Shown: positions 1 through 11,708 of the stretch, piece after piece | How the letters are laid out: the number at the start of each line of letters is the position of its first letter | Numbering within the stretch: position 1 is the first letter of the stretch | Source of the DNA: Podarcis bocagei | Taxonomy: Eukaryota | DNA: 64,000 nucleotides | NCBI GenBank assembly: GCA_964188305.1 | Contig: OZ076895.1 | Strand: one strand, 5' to 3' | Program-made: the position numbers and the translations under genes | The notes under the pieces: generated by a model | What the model was told of the DNA's origin: nothing | The model's input: only the letters and a program-made list of their open reading frames with translations | Database searches by the model: none

Positions 1-3000
1 AAACCAGTCAACTGTTGATACAATTTCTGACTATGCCAGAAGTTTATAAACTTCAGTGAACACAGAATATTGATTTTATGCATACATTTTATGCACCAGG
101 GCAATGCCTGGATGTGGTTATGGAAAACGAAGACAGGTGGGCTAGTATTTAACTAGGCTCAGATTTTAGCATAACTCTGCCTGGGAATTCCATCTCAAGT
201 CCATCTCTTATTAACCATGGAAAACGCCAACTGGCTTGACCAGGCGTAACCCACAGAAGCAGACAACAGATTGTTTTTAGTCTCATTATTGTGTCTAGAC
301 AAAACGAAACCAGTCTAATGTATATTTTGATAGCTACAATTAAAATGTTTCCACATATAGCTCATATTAGATTTATCTCCAACGATAGTTTAGAGGTTTT
401 GTGGAAGGAAGGAATTTACCCAAATTATTGATATTGTTTCTTGTTCACTGTTGTTTCCATTTAACCCAGCCATTAAAAACAGGTGCAATGTGGTTAAATT
501 CAATGTGAGTTTTAAAAAATTCCTTTCACAGGGAACTCAAAACCTTTAATATTTTTAATGTTTTATTTCTCCCCCCCCCCAAAAAAAAGGAGAAACTGAG
601 CAGCAATACAGCCACACACACAATGTGACAGTGATACCAATGCTTATAAAGCCTTTGTATTTATTCTGGACCATCAGTACCATTGGCTTGGATTCTAAGT
701 CAGCCTTCTATGACTAGAAGAGTACCTTCACTTCACAGGAGAGGCTTGATCCAGTGGATACTACTGACTGAAGAGGATGAGGCCATTTCTGCTGCTTCCC
801 TCTCCCCCTGCAGCCTCTTCACCACCCACTTTTTGCCAGGGCAGCATTCTGTGATACTCACGGGATGCTTCCACCTAGTAGGAACAAACTCTAGATCCAA
901 GCCGTGGACTTCAAATGGAGCCCATGATGAATGAATGACTTGTGAAGTGCAATCCAAGTCTATAAACAAGCTCAAAAGTGGTAGAAGAGAATCAGCAATT
1001 GTAGGATCTCAAAGCCCTAGTGTTTCAAATTCTGAAGAATTTAGCTGTCAGTGCTTCAACAGTTTTCCACCTCTGAACACCCTGGAGAAGAACTTGACAA
1101 GATGACATTAATGTGCGAATGTGTCCCATAAACCAAAATACAAATTGTGTGGGTTGTTTTATTTTTTTAAAGAGACCTGGTGACTTTTTGTGACTAAGTA
1201 CTACAGCTTGGCATAGCTGTGGGAGTTAAATGACATCCTTCTCGGAACATGAAGCAAAAACAACAACAACAAAAAACAAGTCTTACAAATATACAGCCAT
1301 TTGAATTTTGATGTATTTGACATATTCCTGACCTCATTCCTTCCCCACCATCCTGTCAGTTTTCCACATGATAAGATCAACTAATGGCATGTAGAATTAG
1401 CCTCTATCCAATCCATCCATTCCCAACGAGAGGGCTGTCTTCCCTTATTTTATTATGTTTTGTGGTAAAACACTATAAAAAGGAGCTATGCATGCAAAGT
1501 ATTTAACTTCTAAGAGGTGGAGCCTCTACCCCTTACTGGCTCTAAGTCAGGCCCTGATCAATTCACTACACTCTCAGAAAATGCCTCATGTACAGATAGT
1601 CATACTCTTTGAAGCTTTGAAGTTTCTGACTGGCTCACCACCTCCTCTGATCTTGTAGCCCTTGGGAAGATGTGGGGAGAGTGAAAGAACCATCCAGGAA
1701 CCTAAGAAGATGGTACTGGGGCAGGAGTATCCCATGGCACCTCAGATCTTCTGGAAGTTCCTGCTCCCTTTCCTCTTCATCATAGGAGATGCTTGGGCAG
1801 GCCTGAGCCCTGACCGGAGTATGCACATCCAAAAGCTTCTAATGAGAGTGCAGGTGGTAGCTTCTGTTGGTTTCACAAGGACCATCAGCCCTGGATGAGT
1901 GTAGTGATGGGCAATGATGGGCACAAATCTAGAGGAACAGAAATGGCTAGAGATCTGTCACCTTCCCTGTGTCTCTAGGCATAGATGGGTCTGCAGAGCT
2001 GAAGGGAATACACTCTGCCACTGACCTGAGGGCTAAGGGCTATTTGGAGACTGTGTCAGCTGTCTCCAAGAAAGAACACTGCAGAAAGGGAAAACCAAGC
2101 TGTGCTTCAATCATTTGCTAAAGAATAACCACCTATGAGGAAATTGCTTTCTCACTCCCTGCCAGAAAGAGCACTTCAGCCTGCCACTTGATATGTGACT
2201 ATGTAGCTACAGTACCATCCATGAGCTCAAAGAGGTGACTGTGATTAGTGGTATCAAAACCCACTGAAATCACACTCCCTCTCTCCCAACAAAGGTCATC
2301 AGTCAGGTAGTTACAATGCCAAACCTGAGCCTGAAGATGAACTGAAATGTGTCTAGATATTGTTTCCTGCAAACATGACTGTAGTTGAAATGCTACCACC
2401 TTCTCAAGTACCAAAATAAAATTCCAAATATCTGTAATATCCAAAAGGGGATATTAAAGGCTGAGCTAAATAGTCTTACTCAGGAGAAGACAACTTCCTC
2501 TGTTCCTAAATTCCTGAATTAAAAAGCTCTCTAAAAAGCAAATTATGAAACATGTATTCTGTTTTACTATTATTTACATCTCTCCATTTTAACATTTAGG
2601 GTAGTTTATGTTGATTATCCCAATTGTATAATGGAGTTAATAACTGGAGATAAGTCATTCTTGCTTTCCCTCCTGGATATAAAAGAAAGTAAACACTTCA
2701 CATTTATTGAACAGATTCAGCAGAGGATGATTGGAGTTACACATCATCTTTAGATGAAAATCTCTTTATGAAGATTGGGTTCAGTCCAGTTGGACAACAG
2801 GTCAAACAACACAGCTGAAGGAAGGAAATAAAACTTTATTTAGTGGATGGTCATAAAATTTCTACGTTGAATGGCACATGCATTGCCCCTTCAGACAATA
2901 TATTAGGAAAATGAGCTGACACCTACACATTTCTATTTCATGAATACATGAAATGAAACCAATAGTTAGTCTAATATAAGGAGAAATCAATGGACATGCC

Positions 3001-3694
3001 TTAGTACTACTAGAAAGTTTTCCGAACTCATGCGGAATTCATCTTCAATGAGCCAAGAACATCTGGAAAATTCCTTTTGCAGTTACAGAAAGCCAAGTTT
3101 AACCATTAAAAAAAAACCTTCATGGAATCCTAAACCTTCACTGAGAAAAGTCAAGGGGGAAGGAGTAAAATTATCTGCAGCCTTGTCCACATATGTGGGA
3201 ATTAACAAAGAAATACTTCAGGACTGGCAGTAAGAGGGATTTATTTTAAAATTATTGCAGACGCAGTAACTACTTTGATCATCGGGTGTAGGTCCCAATT
3301 TAGTATTATATTCTGAGGCAACTTTACAGTCACCATTCTGTCAGGTTACAGAAAAGGAGTGCCTTTCCTTTCTAAATAAGTAAGACAGTATGATCCTGAG
3401 TAAAAATCCAATACATGTATACTTAGAAGCAACTCATTAAGTTTAATGGGGTTCATATTAAGTAAATGGGTATATAATTGCAGCCTTAGATCCCTAAAGA
3501 TGCACCTGCTTCTAAGTGGGAAGCATGAGCATGCATCAACAATGGATGAAGTCACTCAGCACTTATTTCATCCACTGTCCATTCACTTGAGGGGAAAGTG
3601 GATGTATTTGTATCCAATATTTTTTAGCCTTTTTACATGTCCACCAAAGCATGGCATTTCAGTAGGCTTTAAATGGATTGTAATCATATATATA

Positions 3695-4056
3695 GGGACG
3701 CGGGTGGCGCTGTGGGTAAAACCTCAGTGCCTAGGACTTGCTGATCATAAGGTCGGCGGTTCGAATCCCCACGGCGGGGTGAGCTCCCGTCGTTCGGTCC
3801 CAGCTCCTGCCAACCTAGCAGTTAGAAAGCACGTCAAAGTGCAAGTAGATAAATAGGTACCGCTTTCTAGCGGGAAGGTAAATGGTGTTTCCGTGTGCTG
3901 CGCTGGTGCTGGCTCGCCAGCGCAGCTTCGTCACGCTGGCCACGTGACCCGGAAACGTCTTCGGACAGCGCTGGCTCCCGGCCTCTTGAGCGAGATGAGC
4001 GCGCAACCCTAGAGTCGGACACGAGTGGCCCGTACGGGCAGGGGTACCTTTACCTT
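3695..4056 (+). mobile_element. Sauria SINE, full length, CpG-rich (young)
   Basis: tRNA-derived head with A box TGGCGCTGTGG (3705-3715) and B box GGTTCGAATCC (3758-3768), ACCTTT-repeat tail, and a 14-bp direct repeat TAATCATATATATA at 3681-3694 and 4057-4070. Confidence 0.93.
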
Positions 4057-4058
4057 TA

Positions 4059-4061
<3 letters not shown>

Positions 4062-4107
<46 letters not shown>
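4062..4107. repeat. (AT)23 microsatellite
   Basis: Direct reading. Confidence 0.95.
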
Positions 4108-4111
<4 letters not shown>

Positions 4112-4744
4112 TGGCTGCTGCTGTTTTTGTGCTGTAAGGGCTTTTTATAATGGTTTTAGTGTTTTCAATTTTTATTGATTTCCATTTTTATTGTTGTGGA
4201 AGCCTTGGTGGATCTCAAAGGACTCAAAAGACCCATAGACACTGGTAAAGAAAAAAAGTCTGATGTGGCATTAGGTCATTTCATGGAGTCATTGAAAAAA
4301 GATTCATTTGCTCTGTCTATCTGTCTGTAATCTACTTTTTAATCTCACCTTTTGTGTTTCATTCCTCCTGTTAATATGGCAGTGCAAAGAAGGAGGAAAC
4401 ATTTGCATATCAGAGGTTGTAAGGCATACTGGTGATTATACTAACCAATAGTTGTTTGTCCTGTTAAGGTATATTTTCGTGTTGTTATCACTTTAGTAGC
4501 TGCAGCGAATGCAACATCTCAGTTGTAAAAGGCGATTCTTATCTTTTAGAATGTCAACAATTTACCCAACCAGTAGAGCCATTTTACTGTGCTGTGAAGT
4601 TCATATTCAAATCTGACTGGGCTTTACAACTTTGTTCAAGCAGCATAATATCAGTGCTTGCAACTCATAAAGTAAATAGGAATGAGAAGTGAAGCATCTA
4701 TGACAGGGATGGGGAACCTGTAGCTCCACAATTTTCTTTATTGT

Positions 4745-4922
4745 TACATTTATATCCCACCTTTTCTTCAAGGAGCTCAAAATGTTATCAATGGCTGTCT
4801 TCCTCTTCATTTTATTCTCACATCAATCCTGGGAGGTAGGTTGGCTGAGAGATAGTGACAGGGCTAAGTGAACTTCATTGCTAAGAGGGTTGAACGTAGT
4901 TATCCCAGGTTTTAGCCTGACA
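4745..4922 (-). mobile_element. Degraded CORE/MIR-like squamate SINE
   Basis: tttatatcccacc...cattttattctcacatcaatcctgggaggtagg resembles the reverse complement of the CORE-SINE body. Boundaries approximate. Confidence 0.55.
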
Positions 4923-4924
4923 TT

Positions 4925-5016
4925 ATTGGACTTCAGTTCCCATCAGCTCCAGCCATCATGGTCAATAGTCAGGGATGATGGGAATTCTAGTCCTATGACA
5001 TCCGGAGCAGCCCAAG
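4925..5016. mobile_element. Degraded palindromic MITE, same family as 25094-25231
   Basis: ggacttcagttcccatc ... gatgggaattctagtcc inverted arms. Confidence 0.6.
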
Positions 5017-6264
5017 TTTACTGTCTATTGATACCCTAATTGGATTTAGCAGAACTGTAGTTCAATCTGCAATTAATTCTGCACAACACGTGACAGGGGG
5101 CTCCAGCCTTTGACCTATATACATTCCTTAGAAGGTTTGTAGAGAATCCCCAGGCACACAGCGTTGCACACAGGGTCCTGATGGTTTGGAGAGAGCACCA
5201 CAACTGCACAGCAGATGAAACTGCTGTTACACCCCCAGAATAAGTGAACTGCCAACTGCTCATCTCAGTGTTTGTGCCGCAAGGTGGAAATTTGCTTCAC
5301 ATGTGTTGAGAGAGAAACAAAGAAAGATCTTGAGAGGGGAAGTATCAAACATTCTTTTGGAAGGAAGCAGGGGAAAGGAGACACAACTTTCTTGCCCATG
5401 CAGCTATTTCACACCCATTTGTTTGGAACACAGCAGAATATACACACACCAAAATTTCGAAAGCCCTGGCAATATGCAAAGTCCATTGCAATTGACGCTG
5501 TACCTCTAGAAGCTAGACAGCATCTGGAAATACTCCAGGATAGCATTAGTAATGTTAAGTCACTCCTTTCTCCCTTTTTTACAGAACAGAGCAGAATATA
5601 TTCAGGGTCCCAGAATATTAACCCTTAACAGTATGACACATATTTGATATTTTCATTGTGACTTTGCTATTCTGCTGTTAGATCCCATTATATTCTTTTA
5701 ATATCAAAAGATCATTGGCGTGTCAGATTTGCCAGCTCCAGCTGAGAGGTGGGGAACGAAAGGAACAAATCTCAAGGCATAGTATAGCAATGTTCTTCTC
5801 ATCTCCTCTGTACAAAGATGCCTAGAAACTTGTACCAAAAGCAGCTGGTCACCTTAACACTTGCCTCATGCAGCTTATCAATGTAAGCAATTTCTGTAGC
5901 TGGCACTGAAAAACAATTTGGTCACAAATGGAAAGGGAATGGCTGTGTAAGATGCTGAATGAAAAGTGGGGAGGTCTTCAAATTGTGGTCTGTAGTTTAG
6001 CAACATCTGAGAATTCTGTTGCAGAAATTGTATCTTCCTATAACTTAGTTTGCATTTTTTAAAACTTGGCTTTTTAAATATGCAAAACGCTTTGGATCAG
6101 CACTTTCCCTTCAGAAATACATCCAAGCCAATGGAAGCGAGTCTTCGTTTCTGGCAGGGTGTTGCAATAGTGGTGTAAAACCACAATGGATTGGTGGTGA
6201 TATTGTTGAAGTAGTAAGTTCTCAAGTTTTAGGCATCAGAGTCAATTCCAGCTAAGGCTTCTGG

Positions 6265-6266
<2 letters not shown>

Positions 6267-6302
<36 letters not shown>
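6267..6302. repeat. (GT)18 microsatellite
   Basis: Direct reading. Confidence 0.95.
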
Positions 6303-6304
<2 letters not shown>

Positions 6305-9300
6305 TATGCTATTAATGTCTAACATATTTAAACCTATAATATCTTGGGATCTCCCTTTTCTGTAAGGGGCAAATCTTTCTTGACCTCATGTCACTGACCT
6401 CATGCTGCCCTTGGCTTCTTTGGAAGGAAGGGCAGAATGTAAATTTAAACAGATAAAACAATAGATTGGGTATATTGTATTTTAAACTCAAGCAGGACAA
6501 ACAGGAGTGAATTAGGGTTGACAAACTTAATGGTTTATTGAACTGAATGGATTAAATCTCACGGTTCAGAATTTGACCTCAATGTATCCTTCATAATTCC
6601 AGAAAGGAATCCCAGAATGGCATATACGTTTGGGTGCTCCATGTTTATTACTGTGCAGGGAGCCACCTGCCTTAATTCTAGAAGAGTTTTGCAGCGACAC
6701 CAAGAAGAGTCCAATCATATACTGTGATTGAGCGTTTTGTAAACTATAACCCATGAAACGAGATGCATTACATTTTGCATTCGGTTTTGGCTCCCCCCCC
6801 CCTTTTTTTAACACAGCATCAGCTTCCAGAATTTCTGATCAAGGGGTTTCTAAGGCTTTAATCAAGAATACAATGTTGGCTCCAAAGAAAACCTACAACC
6901 ACCAATTTTAGCAAAGCCAATAATAATCTAAACAAATTTCAATAGAGAACACATTCCCCTGCTCCCATATTGTATGAATCTAAAACCATTTTATGATTAG
7001 TCCTTTACAAGAAATTGTTTTGGGTGGAGAACTCCTTCAATAACTGCGGCTTCTATCCACAAACCAGCCATTCAAACAAGCACCACTACCCCTTCCAACT
7101 GATTTTCCCACAGAGCAATGGCAAAAGATAAAGACAGCCCTATTCTCTCTTCAATCAAAGTGTAGAAAGGGGTTAAGGGATCTTGGAGCTTCTCTGTGGT
7201 GCCTCTCTCGTTCTGATACTCCTTCCTCAGTGCAGTTTATCCTGGACAGCTTTCTTCTAAGTGAATAAGTTGCTGGGTTTTTATCCCATCAGTATGACTG
7301 TGGAGGGTTGGTGACCTTTAGGAGCAGCCCAGCCTCCCCAAATGTGGAAGATTTGGCTATCAACTTTTCCTCCACATATATTATAAATATACCTTAGCTA
7401 CTAGTCTCTTTTTAAAAATCTGCTACTGTTTTAGGTTTCTAATAAAAAAACGTATGCCCTGGTTTGCACAGCAGATCTTGCAAACTTGTGTGCTCCTGTA
7501 GTGGAGCTCACAGTCACACCAATCCTCACTGGTCCTTTTTGCTATTATGCTGCTAAGCCAAGGTGTGGCTTTGTGTTTGTCTGAACCAGGATTCATTATT
7601 AAGCTCTCTATTCTTTCCTCATTAAAGGCCTCAATTACCAGTTACCATTTCCTAACTTAAGTAGTTAGATCTCCAAGAATGACTCAGAGAACAAGACTTG
7701 AAGTACCCCATCTGGTCAGGCTCTCCCTGAAGGCAACAAGTTTAAGCAGTTTTTCTTAGCTGTCACTTATGTTGGTATTCCAGCTTCTTGAGACAACTTC
7801 TTTATCTGGCAGGCTTACTTTAGGTTTCCATGAAGTCTGGTGATACTCCTGGTGAGTATATTGATGAGCAAGCCACAGTAAAGATGTTACACAATTGCCT
7901 CCCCTGCTGTCCTCATGCTACCTGTGGACAACTGCCTTGTGTTGCCACTCTGACCAGAAGGAAGTCCTGCCTCCTTCCCAAAACTCCTTCTTGTCCTCCT
8001 GCCTCCTTCCCTAAGCTGAGTAAGCAACCTTCCATCTTGCAGGGGCCCCAGTTCTGGGGGTACCTGACCCCTGCGTAAGTTGTGGGCTACCTGTATACTT
8101 AGTGTACCAAAATGACAGTTAGGCTTTACTACTCACAGGACAGCAGTACAATACAAAAAGAACACTTGATCCTCTATTTACATAGCAATTTAATAACATT
8201 TTACTTCAAACTTTTTACATTTTCCTCATAATCTTTGAGTGATTGTTTAGGAAGGCCTTTGGACTGCTAAATATGGATCTATTTTTCTTATCCCTTCATG
8301 GACCCAATCCAGTCAAAATTAGCTATAACTATATTCCACCATTCATTGATCCAAGTCTATGTTAGATAAGGTCACTGATCCAAACCTACGTTAGATAGTT
8401 AAGGTCTATATTTTAAATGTTCAGCTATACTTCAAATTAATTAATGGTTTCCCCCACATCATATCACCAGAAGTCATCTTCACAGCAGGAACTATAAATT
8501 TACGTATGCCCTTACTCTATAGAATGTTTACTATGATGGTTAATTCATCTCTACATCACTGGTTATTATGGAACAAATAAAGCCTTCAGGTTGTGTTACC
8601 AGACTGATTATGTATCTATCCACATGTTAGCATTACATATCCCTTAAAACATTTGTTTCCTGGTGAGAACAACCATAGTATTTAAAAACCTTTCACAGAA
8701 ATTAGATTTTAAATTCTGACATTCCTCAAAAGAAAATAAAAACAGCCAGTATTTGTTCCAGCCAAAAACTGGGAATGAAATTTCAAGGCAGATTCAGTTC
8801 CTCAAGATGGAACTTAAGGGCTGCTTTAGTTATCAGCATTTCCTCAGAGTTTTCACACAGTCAGATGCAATATCCTCTCCTCATCTGCTGTTTGTTCATA
8901 AACGTGTTGGATTTTGCACTGCAGAAACAGACAGGCAGAAAACTGCACATTGTACCATATTGTGGTCAGGAAGCTAAGGTCAGTTGTGTGCCAATTTGGA
9001 TTATTCCCAGTGGTTGAGGAAAAACACAATAATATAGTGTTCACAGTAACAAAAACATATGCTCCCAAAGATGAAAGTAGAAAGCAATCTAAATATCCAG
9101 CATTCTAACAGCTATAGTTTTGTGGTACTTCCTTTTTTTAACTCCACATGGTAACAAAACAACTCAGCACAGTTCCTGATACACAAATTGCTTCCCTTTG
9201 AGGTGGGGGTGGGGGGAAAGCTCAAAATTGTTTCCTTCTGCAAATCTACATGCAGTATTTCATGTACTGGGGAAACACAGTCATATATTATATACATACA

Positions 9301-9819
9301 AATACAAGTTTTGTTTGCATTAATTTTTATGAGTAAGCTATTGGATAATTGTTCTTACACTTAGGATGGTATTCAATGCTAATCCTACAAAGAGTAGGCT
9401 CACTGAAATTAATGAATCTAAGTTACTGTAGTTATATTCATTAACTTAAATGAGTCTACTTTGAATAGAACTAGTGCTGAATACTATCCACAGATTCTAT
9501 CTTTAAAAGGTGTTTTTTTTACATACATTTTAAAAATTCACACTAAGAGTTTTGAAGAATTTGTTTGTTTGAATATATGTCACATTTCAGTCACATTTGT
9601 TTGTTTATTAATGTTTATACTCTGCCCTTCCTGCAAAACTGGGACACAGGGCAGATCACAACATATCATACGGTATGTAATATGCAATCCAGTATTTAAA
9701 ATATGCAATAAAAACACCATAGAAATGTCTGCAGCATAAAAAAATTCACAGTACAACTTTGAACACATCTACTCAGAAGCAAAGCCCAGTGAGTTCTGTG
9801 CAACCTTCTCCCAAGGATT

Positions 9820-9988
9820 TAGTGGCGTAGCGTGGGTTGTCAGCACCCGGGGCAAGGCAAGTAATTTGCCCCCCAACCCATGGATTTGCGCCCCCTAACC
9901 CGTGGATTTGCGCCCCCTAACCCTAACCCCCAGATGTTGCGGCCGGTGCGGCCGGCCCCCCCCCCTGCACCCCCATGCTACGCCACTG
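9820..9988. mobile_element. Non-autonomous hAT-type MITE
   Basis: TIRs (T)AGTGGCGTAGCGTGGG / CCCATGCTACGCCACTG and 8-bp TSD CAAGGATT (9812-9819, 9989-9996). Same family as 14506-14659, opposite orientation. Confidence 0.88.
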
Positions 9989-10329
9989 CAAGGATTGCAG
10001 GGTGATGGGCATGTTAAATTTTTGTGTTGAGATCACTGTGATTTTTCAGAGCTTAATATGATCCCTGACCAAACTGGGGCAGGAGGGCCTCACTTAGAAT
10101 TTCAAAATCTAGAACAAACCCAAGTACTCTGAGTCAGCCCAAAAAAACCAAGTGGAGAGTCTAATTTGAAGGCGGGAAGTACAATCCAAAAAACCTTTGA
10201 ATAGTTGTGATATATTGCTGAGGGGGTGGGCAAGAGAAGAGGAAAGCAAGTCTTCAACCACCAGTAATCTTGAATGCCTCATCCAGAGTCTAACCAGAGA
10301 CAATTTGGCAAATTTAAAAAATCTACCTG

Positions 10330-10392
10330 GACAGACATTTTACCCCTGAAAAAGACGGCATGTCCTGGAAAAAGAGGACACATGGCAACCCT
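10330..10392. mobile_element. hAT-like DNA transposon end fragment
   Basis: Ends in ...gaggacacatggcaacccta, the reverse complement of a TAGGGTTGCCA-type terminus. Confidence 0.45.
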
Positions 10393-11045
10393 ATAATTCA
10401 CATATATAACACGGACTGCTTTTGCACTACTGCTTCCTAAGCTTTTTAAATTGTCTTATCTTCGAAAACCACTTTCACAAGAAAGCTGTAAAGCTGACAC
10501 CCAGAAATCTGCGTATGTTCCAAGAAAATCTGGAATAAATTTAGCAAGTTTCTGATGTGTGAAAGTACTTTTCACTACCACTACCATCATACTTTTTAGT
10601 GTATGCTTGAGAAATTACTTACAATACGATGCTATCAGTCCCGTCCCATTTTGCTGCATCTCTGGATCAATCCAATTATTGTGCCTTGTAATGTGCTGGA
10701 ATACTATTATTACTTTTGAAAAGTGAGGGAAATGATCCCAGGACTGACTAATCAAGATCTACTAAAGAGAAGAAGTGGGGGAAAATAGAGTGAAAGCAAG
10801 AATTATAAGGTAATAATGACCACTGCATATTTGCCTCAAATTTCCCAGCAAACTGAACTCTTACGAGCGTTCAAAGTTAGAAGAGATTTCTGCTAAGATT
10901 CTGAAGAATCAAGGTTAATCTAAGTCATAGTTTGCCAACCTTTTTGGGTCCAGGGCTCATTTGCAAACAGGAGAAGCTGTCGTAGGCGCCTCACACACTG
11001 CACAACCAAATGGCAACCTACTCTATTGGGTTCTTTGAAGCCTAA

Positions 11046-11708
11046 TGTCAGTGGTGTGTGGTGGTGTGAATATGTCCGTATGAGTTGAAGGTTGACCTGG
11101 CTATCACTGGTGAATGAAGAACTCAAACTCAGAGTATGGTTTCTGCCCAAATCTTTAACACTCAAATCAGTACGACACATAGGCAGAATAAGGTTATAAG
11201 CTAAGCAAGCTAAGGCATTGTGGCATGCCCCCTTGGGTCCCTTTATTTTGGAACGAGGTGGGCACAACTTCAGCATGGCAAGTGGGACTGTTCTTTAGAC
11301 TGCGCAAGCAAAGATGAACTCGTCCAGGTTGGCTGGACCTGACCTGCATTGGCGCTTCTGTGACCTAGGCAATCGGGAGTTGAAGTAAGCACAGTGCACC
11401 TAGGTGATGTAAGAGAGGACAGAGCAGAGAAGGGGGAGTGGTTACACTGCTGGGATGCTCCCTGGGATCTGACTTGTCATCTGTAACTCCCTCCCAAGAT
11501 GACTCTTAAACCTATTGAGGCCCTGACCCATTGGACCCTCCCTAGGGGAATCAACAGGCAATTCCCCAGCCTCCCCACAATTCTGATCCACCCAGCCCCT
11601 ACATGCTGTCTCCCTGGGACTCCTGACAAAAGTAACCCTCAGGCACCAGGGACTATCAGGTAGAGGCGTCTGATCTAAGTTCAAGGCTAGGTCAAGGTGC
11701 ACATGACA
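11046..11708 (-). mobile_element. Solo LTR (663 bp)
   Basis: TGTCA...TGACA termini, 5-bp flanks CCTAA / ACTAA (TSD with one mismatch), higher GC than the flanks, and AATAAA on the minus strand near 11242. Confidence 0.65.

Noticed and set aside
1635-1924. Overlapping short ORFs with a GGTGAG donor-like site
   Set aside because: All three frames from the nearest acceptor contain stops and none matches NAV3 exon 2. Probably degraded repeat.
3695-3770. tRNA-like A and B boxes (also at 55877)
   Set aside because: These are SINE heads, not tRNA genes; they continue directly into the Sauria SINE body.
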